A stretch of 64,000 nucleotides of DNA from a virus. The stretch covers positions 82,610 to 146,609 of the IMG/VR virus record IMGVR_UViG_3300020420_000008. The stretch is one strand, 5' to 3'. Below the pieces are notes generated by a model, which worked only from the letters and a program-made list of their open reading frames with translations, did no database searches and was not told where the DNA came from. Each line of letters starts with the position of its first letter. The stretch's first letter is position 1. Below are positions 49,913 to 58,621 of this stretch, piece after piece. The position numbers and the translations under genes were made by a program.

Positions 49913-50800
49913 TTGGAAATACAAATTGAATTAGCTGAATTACGTAAGAAAAAAATATTCGTAGCTACGCCAATGTATGGTGGTATGTGTCACGGTATGT
50001 ACACTAAAGCATCATGCGACTTAGCAAAAATAACACAAGCGTATGAGATGGATGTTAAGATGTTCTATCTCTTTAATGAGTCTCTAATTACCAGAGCAAG
50101 AAATTATTGTGTTGACGAATTTCTACGTAGCGATTATACTCATATGATGTTTATAGATTCTGATATTGGTTTTGATCCTAACGATGTATTATCTTTAGCT
50201 ATTATTGCTGATGAAGGTAATAGAGATATCGTATGTGGTCCATATCCAAAGAAAACTATAGCTTGGGAAAAAATTAAAAAAGCAGTTGAGATGGGATTCG
50301 GAGATAAAAATCCTAATGAACTAGAAAACTTTGGTGGAGATTACGTATTTAATCCAGCTAGTGATGCTTTAGAAATGAGACTAGATGAACCTATCGAAGT
50401 GTTAGAGGGTGGTACAGGTTTCATGATGATAACTAGAAACGCTTTTAAGAAATTTGATGAAGCATATCCAGATTTGAGATATTTTCCCGATCATGTTAGA
50501 ACAAAACACTTTGATGGTAGTAGAGATATCGGTATGTATTTTCAAGCACTAATAGATCCAGAGTCAAAAAGATATCTTTCAGAAGATTATATGTTTTGTC
50601 AGTGGATGAAAAAAGCTGGAGTACCAACATGGTATTGTCCTTGGATGAAATTATCCCACACAGGTAGTTATGTATTTGGTGGTAGTTTATTAGATTTAGC
50701 ACAATTAGGTGTATCAGCAACTGCCGATCCAGTAGAAATTGAAAAAACTAAAAAGAAGGAACCAAAAGGCATACAACTTAACTTAGGAGAAATTGAATGA
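49913..50800 (+). CDS. glycosyltransferase-like (GT-A fold) protein
   Basis: FVATPMYGG...ESLITRARN...FIDSD (DxD)...GTGFMMI...LSEDYMFC; TTG start with AAGGA RBS. Confidence 0.7.
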   Translation: MEIQIELAELRKKKIFVATPMYGGMCHGMYTKASCDLAKITQAYEMDVKMFYLFNESLITRARNYCVDEFLRSDYTHMMFIDSDIGFDPNDVLSLAIIADEGNRDIVCGPYPKKTIAWEKIKKAVEMGFGDKNPNELENFGGDYVFNPASDALEMRLDEPIEVLEGGTGFMMITRNAFKKFDEAYPDLRYFPDHVRTKHFDGSRDIGMYFQALIDPESKRYLSEDYMFCQWMKKAGVPTWYCPWMKLSHTGSYVFGGSLLDLAQLGVSATADPVEIEKTKKKEPKGIQLNLGEIE

Positions 50801-51096
50801 GTGAGAAAGTAAACTTTAAATTTGGTGAAGATAAAATTCTTAAAGAGTTGTATGATTATGTATCTGCAACTTATAGAGGACACTATTCGACAAACCAGTT
50901 TCAATCAACCGAGTTTATCATAGATTGTGGACACGGAGAAGGTTTCATGCTTGGTAATATAATCAAGTATGCACAGAGATATGGTAAGAAGAATGGCAAG
51001 AACAGAGCGGACTTGCTGAAAGTTGCTCACTATGCTATAATGGCGTTACATATAGATTCAAATCAAGCAGGAGAAAATGATGATGCAAATAAGTGA
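50797..51096 (+). CDS. DUF3310-like conserved phage protein
   Basis: HY...GFMLGNIIKYAQRYGKKNG...DLLK..HY. Confidence 0.75.
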   Translation: MSEKVNFKFGEDKILKELYDYVSATYRGHYSTNQFQSTEFIIDCGHGEGFMLGNIIKYAQRYGKKNGKNRADLLKVAHYAIMALHIDSNQAGENDDANK

Positions 51097-51748
51097 TGAT
51101 ACAATTGAAGTACTAAAAAACTTCTCAACAATAAATCCATCTTTGTCGTTCAAAGCTGGTAATACTATTCGTACTGTTTCTGAACAGAAGAATATTCTAG
51201 CACAAGCAGTGATAGGAGAAAGCTTGCCTATGAATTTTGCAATCTATGAACTTAATCAATTTTTAGGTTTAGCAAGTTTGTATGATAAACCGGACTTTGC
51301 TTTTGGTGAGAAAGAAGTTGTGATTAGTGAAGGCAGTAGTAAATCAAAGTATACATACACTGATCCATCTATGGTGACTTCTGCTCCTGATAAAAATCTT
51401 GAGTTAGACAATGCTGATGTTTCTGTAAAAATATCTGCTGACGATATGAAAAGAGTTCTATCTGCCGCCAACCAACTGGGTTTACCTGAAGTTGTAGTTA
51501 GAGGTGAAGAAGGTAGTATTGCTATAGTAGCAACAGATACAAAGAACCCTACATCAAATGAGCATAGTGTTTCTCTTGGTTCTACCAATGATAACTTCTC
51601 TATGGTTTTTAAAACAGAGAACTTGCAGAAGCTTGGTACTAGTGACTATGACGTAGCCATATCTAAAGCAGGTATAGCACACTTCAAATCTACTTCAAAA
51701 AATATTCAATATTGGATTGCAACAGAGACTAATTCAAGTTATAATTAA
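51077..51748 (+). CDS. gp45: sliding clamp gp45
   Basis: LKNFSTIN.S...FAIYELNQFL...YWIATE. Confidence 0.93.
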   Translation: MMMQISDDTIEVLKNFSTINPSLSFKAGNTIRTVSEQKNILAQAVIGESLPMNFAIYELNQFLGLASLYDKPDFAFGEKEVVISEGSSKSKYTYTDPSMVTSAPDKNLELDNADVSVKISADDMKRVLSAANQLGLPEVVVRGEEGSIAIVATDTKNPTSNEHSVSLGSTNDNFSMVFKTENLQKLGTSDYDVAISKAGIAHFKSTSKNIQYWIATETNSSYN

Positions 51749-51776
51749 GAAATTGAAATTTATATTATGGTGATTC

Positions 51777-52718
51777 ATGCGAGAAGATTTTTTGTGGGTA
51801 GAGAAGTATCGCCCAAAGACTATAAAAGATACTGTACTAAGTCCTGAGTTAAAGACTCTATTTCAAACTTTCGTTGATAATAACAATGTGCCCAATCTTC
51901 TTCTAACAGGCTCACAAGGCATAGGTAAAACTACTGTTGCTAAAGCTATGTTAGAAGAACTAGGTGCTGACTATATTGTTATCAATGGTTCTGATGAAGG
52001 TAGATTGATTGATACACTCAGAACTAAGATTAAAAACTTTGCCTCATCTGTATCTCTAGCAGGTGGGCGTAAGTATGTAATTCTTGATGAAGCAGATTAT
52101 TGTAATGCTGAAACTGTTCAGCCTGCTCTCAGAAACTTTATGGAAGAATTTAGTAAGAACTGTGGTTTTATAATGACATGTAACTTTGTCAATAAGATTA
52201 TACAACCACTTCATAGTCGATGTTCAGTTGTAGAATTTAAGATAGCAAACAAAGATAAGCCTGCTATGGCTAAAGAATTGTATGCTAGAATACTAGACAT
52301 TCTCAAACAAGAAAATATAAGCTTTGAAGAGAAAGTAATTCTAGAAGTTCTTGCGAAGCATTTTCCCGATAATCGTAGAATACTAAATGAGTTACAAAGA
52401 TATTCTGCAACAGGACATATTGATAGTGGTATACTTGCTAATCTATCAGAGACAAGCATTAAAGAACTTATGCAACTTTTGAAAGACAAAGAGTTCACTT
52501 CAGTTCGTAAATGGGTAGGTAAAAATATTGATGGTGATGTTGCACCAATGTTTCGTAAAATATATGATACTATAACTCAGTATGTAAAACCTACAAGTAT
52601 TCCTCAAGTTGTTGTTACTCTTGCTGACTATCAATACAAATCTGCGTTTGTAGCTGATCAAGAAGTTAACTTCATGGCTTTTCTCACAGAGTTGATGGTA
52701 GAAACAGAATGGCAGTAA
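51777..52718 (+). CDS. gp44: clamp loader large subunit gp44
   Basis: LWVEKYRP, GIGKTT, ILDEAD, PLHSRC. Confidence 0.95.
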   Translation: MREDFLWVEKYRPKTIKDTVLSPELKTLFQTFVDNNNVPNLLLTGSQGIGKTTVAKAMLEELGADYIVINGSDEGRLIDTLRTKIKNFASSVSLAGGRKYVILDEADYCNAETVQPALRNFMEEFSKNCGFIMTCNFVNKIIQPLHSRCSVVEFKIANKDKPAMAKELYARILDILKQENISFEEKVILEVLAKHFPDNRRILNELQRYSATGHIDSGILANLSETSIKELMQLLKDKEFTSVRKWVGKNIDGDVAPMFRKIYDTITQYVKPTSIPQVVVTLADYQYKSAFVADQEVNFMAFLTELMVETEWQ

Positions 52719-53107
52719 AGACTAATCCTTTTGACTATATCACTGCTATCAATGTATCAAAGAAAAATCTCATGCGAGGTAGTAACAACGATACGATAGC
52801 AGAGAAAGATTATAGTTCTTTTCTAACTAATCGTTCACTATCTTATTTCGCAGATACGATAGGTTATGCTAACGAAATGAATCAGAGACATCACACAGAT
52901 AATCTTCCTCAATTCGAATATTTACTAAATATTGTCAGAGCCAAGAAACGGTTCTCAAAATGGGTGAAAAAAGAAAATGATAGGGATATATCTCTTGTGA
53001 AAGATTATTATGGATATAATAACACAAAAGCTATACAAGCACTGTCAATTCTAACTCCCGAACAAATGAAATTTATTAGAGAGAAGTTAAATAAAGGTGG
53101 AGTATGA
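52709..53107 (+). CDS. gp62: clamp loader small subunit gp62
   Basis: NRSLSYF.D...ANEMN...KRFSKW...YYGYN..KA. Confidence 0.92.
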   Translation: MAVKTNPFDYITAINVSKKNLMRGSNNDTIAEKDYSSFLTNRSLSYFADTIGYANEMNQRHHTDNLPQFEYLLNIVRAKKRFSKWVKKENDRDISLVKDYYGYNNTKAIQALSILTPEQMKFIREKLNKGGV

Positions 53108-53499
53108 TTGAGATAAGTAGTTTAGTAGAAGTAAAGTTGAAAGAAGACGAAGACTTCCTAAAGATAAGAGAAACACTTACACGTATAGGTGTAGCTAGTA
53201 GAAAAGATAAGACATTGTTCCAGAGTTGTCATATACTTCATAAGCAAGGAAAGTATTATATTACACACTTCAAAGAACTTTTTTCTATGGACGGAAAACC
53301 CAGTAATTTTACAGAAGATGATATATCACGTAGAAATTCTATAGCTAATTTACTAGCAGAATGGGGATTAGTAGAATTAGTTGATCCCGATAAATCAAAA
53401 GAACCAGTGTCACCACTTTCACAAATAAAAGTTTTACCACATAAGGAAAAAGATGAGTGGAACTTGGCGGCAAAATATAACATAGGAAAGAAAAGATAA
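53104..53499 (+). CDS. regA: translational repressor RegA
   Basis: DFLKIRETLTRIGVAS...QSCHILHKQGKYYI.HFKELF. Confidence 0.95.
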   Translation: MIEISSLVEVKLKEDEDFLKIRETLTRIGVASRKDKTLFQSCHILHKQGKYYITHFKELFSMDGKPSNFTEDDISRRNSIANLLAEWGLVELVDPDKSKEPVSPLSQIKVLPHKEKDEWNLAAKYNIGKKR

Positions 53500-54005
53500 T
53501 GGGGAGAAGAATGAGATATACTACCAACTTTGATAAAGTAGAAGATTTTATGAGAGCATTTGGACAAGATGTAAAAGATAACCCTACTATGTTAGATGAA
53601 AAAACTTTACAACTAAGATTAGAACTTATAGAAGAAGAACTGAGAGAGTTATATCTTGGTGTTGAAAGAAAGAACATGTTAGAGATTGCTGATGCTCTTA
53701 CTGACTTACTGTACGTTACATACGGCATGGGTGCCGCCATGGGTATAGAACTAGACTATTGTTTCGATGAAGTTCATAGAAGTAACATGTCGAAGTTAGG
53801 TGAAGACGGTAAACCAATCTATAGAGAAGATGGTAAAGTGTTAAAAGGTCCCAACTACAAACCACCAAACATGTATGATACAGTATATCATGAAGAAGTA
53901 TTAGCAAAGCTAAACAAAATAGAAGAAAATTCTCCTAATGTTGATAGGGATCAATTAGCACAATTAAGTTTATTTGACGATGACTCTGCCGTCACAGGTA
54001 AGTGA
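53499..54005 (+). CDS. MazG-like NTP pyrophosphohydrolase (PRA-PH family)
   Basis: LIEEELREL...ADALTDLLYVTYG...EVHRSNMSKL...DGKVLKGPNY. Confidence 0.88.
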   Translation: MGRRMRYTTNFDKVEDFMRAFGQDVKDNPTMLDEKTLQLRLELIEEELRELYLGVERKNMLEIADALTDLLYVTYGMGAAMGIELDYCFDEVHRSNMSKLGEDGKPIYREDGKVLKGPNYKPPNMYDTVYHEEVLAKLNKIEENSPNVDRDQLAQLSLFDDDSAVTGK

Positions 54006-54006
54006 C

Positions 54007-54040
54007 TTGACAAAAGTATAAATTTTTGTTATTATAAATA
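54007..54040 (+). promoter_or_regulatory. overlapping sigma70 (TTGACA-N17-TATTAT) and late (TATAAATA) promoters of hsp20
   Basis: -35 at 54007-54012, -10 at 54030-54035, TATAAATA at 54033-54040. Confidence 0.75.
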
Positions 54041-54045
54041 CAGTT

Positions 54046-54105
54046 GAAGTATGCCTATTAAGGGTGCTTCTTAATTTTAATATTCTAGCTTAATAAAGGA
54101 GAATA
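54046..54105 (+). promoter_or_regulatory. structured 5' UTR, ROSE-like RNA thermometer candidate
   Basis: Two hairpins; the second (TATTCTAGCTT-AATA-AAGGAGAATA) pairs the SD. Confidence 0.55.
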
Positions 54106-54108
54106 GCA

Positions 54109-54537
54109 ATGAATAACCTTACCACATTTGACATCAATAAATTCACTCCCTATGCTGTAGGATTCGATAGAGTATTGGATCAACTTATGAATCATACTCA
54201 TAATATGGCAACTTCAACGGGTTTTCCTCCATACAATATCGTAAAACACGATGAGTATGAATTTACAATTGAGATGGCGTTAGCAGGATTCTCAAAAGAG
54301 GATATAGAAGTCGTTGTAGAAGACGGCACTATTACAGTTAAATCAGTATACGATGATAAAGTCGAGAACGCTGAAGTACTTCATAGAGGTATCTCGCAGA
54401 AAAAATTTACACGTAAATTTACTATCGCTGACGATATCGAAGTAAAAGGTGCAGAACTCATAAATGGATTGTTAGAGATTCAGTTAGAGAGAATTGTACC
54501 GGAGCATAAAAAGCCAAAGGTTATAAAAATCAAATAA
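54109..54537 (+). CDS. hsp20: small heat-shock protein Hsp20 (IbpA-like)
   Basis: GFD...FPPYNI...IEMALAGF...LHRGIS...F.IAD...NGLL.I.L..IVPEHKKP. Confidence 0.95.
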   Translation: MNNLTTFDINKFTPYAVGFDRVLDQLMNHTHNMATSTGFPPYNIVKHDEYEFTIEMALAGFSKEDIEVVVEDGTITVKSVYDDKVENAEVLHRGISQKKFTRKFTIADDIEVKGAELINGLLEIQLERIVPEHKKPKVIKIK

Positions 54538-54560
54538 AGCCAATTAGTCTTTTTAGCATT

Positions 54561-54602
54561 TATAAATAAGGGTTGAAGTAAAATTCAGCCCTTATTTTTT
54601 TT
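54561..54602 (+). terminator. terminator whose 5' arm overlaps a late promoter
   Basis: TATAAATA 54561-54568; stem AAATAAGGGTTGAA / TTCAGCCCTTATTT followed by a T run. Confidence 0.8.
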
Positions 54603-54613
54603 GGAGAGGTTAA

Positions 54614-55219
54614 ATGTTTGGACTATTTAAGAAGACGGGTTTAAAAAAGCAAGCTAAAACTGCTACTAAACCTAAGACAGAAACAAAAGCGAAAAAGGAC
54701 AATGGTATGGCGAAATCAAATTATGATAAGTGTTTAAAAATAATTCTACATCATGAAGGTGGATATGTAAATCACCCAAAAGATCCTGGTGGAGAAACTA
54801 ACCTCGGAGTTACTAAGAGAGTATATGAAGAGTGGGGTGGTAAAAAGAATATGAAAGATTTGAAAGTTGCTGACGTTGCACCAATATATGAAAAGAACTA
54901 TTGGGGACGTTGTAAATGTGATAGCTTACCAGCTGGTTTAGATTTATGCGTCTTTGATTTTGGTGTTAACGCTGGAACAAAAAGGGCAGGCATCTATCTA
55001 CAAAAAATGGTTGGTGCAACTCCTGACGGAGCAGTTGGACCTAATACACTAAAACAAGTTGACGCTTGGATAAAAGAACATGGTGTAGAACACGCTGTCA
55101 AATCTTATCAAGAAGCACGACAAGGATATTATGAAAGACTTTCTACTTTTAAAACTTTCGGTAGAGGTTGGACAAGAAGAGTTACAGAGACTACGGAAAC
55201 AGCTTTAAAGATGATCTAA
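54614..55219 (+). CDS. GH108 lysozyme/endolysin with peptidoglycan-binding C-terminus
   Basis: HEGGYVNHPKDPGGETNLGVT...FDFGVNAG...FGRGWTRRV. Confidence 0.92.
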   Translation: MFGLFKKTGLKKQAKTATKPKTETKAKKDNGMAKSNYDKCLKIILHHEGGYVNHPKDPGGETNLGVTKRVYEEWGGKKNMKDLKVADVAPIYEKNYWGRCKCDSLPAGLDLCVFDFGVNAGTKRAGIYLQKMVGATPDGAVGPNTLKQVDAWIKEHGVEHAVKSYQEARQGYYERLSTFKTFGRGWTRRVTETTETALKMI

Positions 55220-55220
55220 A

Positions 55221-58200
55221 ATGGTTTACAGAAACAAAACATTCGCTAACAATGTAGTCGTTGGTTTGAGTTCTGGAAAAGTTGAGTTAAGTGCTGACAG
55301 TGGAGATTTAAAAATCAAATCTGGTGGCTCAACAGCAACAGTTCGTCCAGGACTAGGCATAGTAGAACAACAGTCATTTGCAATTGTTGCTAACAAGGCG
55401 GCACTACCATTACCTCCCACAGGTATAAATAACGGAGCTTTATACTTTACTACTGCATCTAGTGAATTGTTTATGAAATCAGGTGGTGGTTGGTATAGAG
55501 TATCGATGGTGAATACAAGTCCATCAATAACTCTAAACAAAACTACAGCAACAATAGATGCAAGCAATTTAACTTTAGATGTAAACTATACAACAGTAGA
55601 ACCAGAAGGTACACCAGTCACTGTTGCTTTAGCTAATTCAGGTATTGCTGATACAAATGTAGCTACTATTACACACACAACTTCAAACAATAATATACGA
55701 GTAGTATTCGATGGTTCTACCGATTTGACAGATGCAACAATCACTGCAACTGTCACAGATGGTGTAAATACAGGTGTAGGAACAATTACATTTACCACTG
55801 CATACTCTATAAAGCAGTCTAGAGATACTCTTGTATTATTAAAAGCTAATTCAGAAGGCGGACATAATTATTCATTCAGTGATCAATCTGATAGTAATCA
55901 TACTGTTACACCTACAGGACATGCAAGAACATCATCACATAGTCCTTATCGTCCTAATGGATATTCAATAAGATTAAATGGTGGTGGATATATCGATGTT
56001 GCCGCCTCTTCTGATTTTGAATTTACAGGACAGTGGACAATAGAATTTTGGTTTTGGGGTGATGAACAACAAAGTAGTTCAGGAGTATCAGGCTGGCATG
56101 ATATGTTTTCGTATGGAAGTAGTACATCACCAGCTTATATGGAAATAAACAATGATGGTTACGTTGCAACAAGTAGTGGTATGTTTGGTTCTGTTGGTAG
56201 TAATCAGAGTGGAGAAACACACCCGATAAAATGGAATCGCTGGAATCATATAGCTTTTAGTAGAGATGGTAGTAATGTTGTACGTCATTATGTAAACGGA
56301 AGATATATGGCAAAAGCTACAGTATCAGGAACAGTAGGCTCTTCAAGCACTAATCCAAGAATTGGTGATACTGGTGAGGCGGCTGATTGTCATTTATATG
56401 ATTATAGAATATCAAACACAGCTAGATATACTTCTGAATATGGTTTCGATTTACCTGATGCACCTCATGAAAGTGATGCAAATACAATGCTTCTTATCTG
56501 TAAAAATAATATGTTAAAAGATTACAGTTCAAGAGGACACGCAATAACTATCGGAGATCATAACTATGGCTCACGTTACAAATATTTAGGACATACACCT
56601 TTTGATAAAGGTGGTTATAATGCAAGTAAACATGGTAACTCTGCTATTCTAACAAATGCACGTTCAGCGTCTTACTTAAAGCTACCTCGCTCTGCCGATC
56701 TGTATGATTGGAATCCTTCAAGTGATCATTATACTCTAGAGTTTTGGTTATATCAAAGAGCCTTTAGAAAAGGTAGTCCTAATAATTCACCAAATATTTT
56801 TTCTCATGCAACAGGTACAAATAATACTTTTTATTGGGGTTTAGGTGCTAATCCAGAGGCTTCACCAGGAGGTGGTAAATTAAGTTTTTATTACTATAAT
56901 GGTAGTGCCCAACTTTTAACTGGAAGCACATTGATGTATGAAAATACATGGTATCATGTTGCTTTTCATAAAGACAATTCCGGTAATATAAAAATATATC
57001 TAAATGGTGTACAAGATATAAGTTCTAGTGTTTCTGGAACACCTCAAACAAATTCTGGTACTGATGTGTGGATAGGTAGAGCCCAAAATAGTACAGTTGC
57101 TAATTGTAATATAGCTGATGTTAGAATTGTAAGAGGTGAAGCAGTTTATACTGGAGCATTCACACCACCAACTGGCCCTCTTACAAAAACTGGTGGTACA
57201 TACTCATCAACAACAAATGTCAATACAGCTATAACTGCATCAAATACTAAATTACTTTTAAACTTTCCTACGGGAATAGAAGATTTAGCACAATGTTCAG
57301 ATCAGATAGAGTTTTATAAAACAAATAATTCGGATGTAGAGGGTGATACAGATGTAGTAAAATATACAGGTAAACCTACAATAAAAACTAACTATAGTAC
57401 TGGTTTTCTTAATATACATGCACCCTTACATGAGTTATATAATTCACCGTGGACAATTGAAATGTGGGTACGACTAACTCAAAGTGGACAGGCAAGTATA
57501 TTTTTTGACTCTGATTCAGGTACTTATGGTGGTAATCTTAATGCTCGAATGGATTATGCGGATAGTAGTAGAACTTTCTATATGGACTTAGCACTTAGCT
57601 TAACTAAAGCATACACTTCATCTGAAATAACATTTTTAAATACTTGGAATCATTTGGCTTTTCAGAGAAATCCCAGAAATTTTCAAGATAGTGATAACGG
57701 TATATTATCAGTATTTGCAAATGGTACTATATTAGCAAGTATGAACACACTTACAAATTATGCAAGTGCAAGTGCTGATGGTAATGTTTGGAGTGCTTTG
57801 AGACTTCTAGGTTCTCAAGGACCAGCTGGAGGTTATCAAGCGTTTACTGGTAACTCGCAAGATGTTAGAGTTTCGTCTATAGCAAGATATCCATTCATAC
57901 CGATAAAAAATACTTTAACAACTACAAATTCAGAAAGAACTGGTGTAAGTGTAAGTTCGGCATCTAATACAAAATTTCTTGCATTCACTACAACTACAAC
58001 CACAACAGATGCAACATCTGGACATACAATAACATCTCACGGAGGACCTACTGGTGTCAACTGGGGTCCTGCTCCTGGTATGAAATCTGTTTACTTTGAT
58101 GGTAGTGGAGATTATTTTACAGTGCCAACAAGCGATGCTTTGAATTTTGGCACAGGACACTATACAATGGAATTTTGGATTAACACACGACAATCTGGAG

Positions 58201-58595
58201 CTTGGATTTGGTATAATGCACAAGGCGATACTGGTATTAGAATGTCAATAGGATATAATGGTTCTTCTAGTCCTCGTCCAGGACAAATAGAAATAAATGA
58301 ACAAGTAAGTAATAATGATAATCATTATTATTCTCATTGTAGAATAGACGATGGCGTTTGGCATCACGTAGCATTTTGTAGAGGTACTTCAAGAAGAATT
58401 TTCATAGATGGTAAATTACAGTGGAGAGGTGGAGCGATAAATAGAAATATGAATAACTCTAACACTAATTATATTGGTAGAAGAAATACTGGTGCTGGAC
58501 AGTTTAAAGGTTATCTATCTAATTTTAGAATAATAAAAGGAGAAGCATTGTACGCAGAAAATTTTACACCACCATCTGCACTACTTGCGGGTTAA
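55221..58595 (+). CDS. adhesin/tail protein with four LamG/ConA-like domains
   Basis: Four 'TxExW...WxHxAF...R(I/V)...Y' units. Confidence 0.82.
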   Translation: MVYRNKTFANNVVVGLSSGKVELSADSGDLKIKSGGSTATVRPGLGIVEQQSFAIVANKAALPLPPTGINNGALYFTTASSELFMKSGGGWYRVSMVNTSPSITLNKTTATIDASNLTLDVNYTTVEPEGTPVTVALANSGIADTNVATITHTTSNNNIRVVFDGSTDLTDATITATVTDGVNTGVGTITFTTAYSIKQSRDTLVLLKANSEGGHNYSFSDQSDSNHTVTPTGHARTSSHSPYRPNGYSIRLNGGGYIDVAASSDFEFTGQWTIEFWFWGDEQQSSSGVSGWHDMFSYGSSTSPAYMEINNDGYVATSSGMFGSVGSNQSGETHPIKWNRWNHIAFSRDGSNVVRHYVNGRYMAKATVSGTVGSSSTNPRIGDTGEAADCHLYDYRISNTARYTSEYGFDLPDAPHESDANTMLLICKNNMLKDYSSRGHAITIGDHNYGSRYKYLGHTPFDKGGYNASKHGNSAILTNARSASYLKLPRSADLYDWNPSSDHYTLEFWLYQRAFRKGSPNNSPNIFSHATGTNNTFYWGLGANPEASPGGGKLSFYYYNGSAQLLTGSTLMYENTWYHVAFHKDNSGNIKIYLNGVQDISSSVSGTPQTNSGTDVWIGRAQNSTVANCNIADVRIVRGEAVYTGAFTPPTGPLTKTGGTYSSTTNVNTAITASNTKLLLNFPTGIEDLAQCSDQIEFYKTNNSDVEGDTDVVKYTGKPTIKTNYSTGFLNIHAPLHELYNSPWTIEMWVRLTQSGQASIFFDSDSGTYGGNLNARMDYADSSRTFYMDLALSLTKAYTSSEITFLNTWNHLAFQRNPRNFQDSDNGILSVFANGTILASMNTLTNYASASADGNVWSALRLLGSQGPAGGYQAFTGNSQDVRVSSIARYPFIPIKNTLTTTNSERTGVSVSSASNTKFLAFTTTTTTTDATSGHTITSHGGPTGVNWGPAPGMKSVYFDGSGDYFTVPTSDALNFGTGHYTMEFWINTRQSGAWIWYNAQGDTGIRMSIGYNGSSSPRPGQIEINEQVSNNDNHYYSHCRIDDGVWHHVAFCRGTSRRIFIDGKLQWRGGAINRNMNNSNTNYIGRRNTGAGQFKGYLSNFRIIKGEALYAENFTPPSALLAG

Positions 58596-58621
58596 CTAAA
58601 TAGATAAAAAAGAGAATAATT

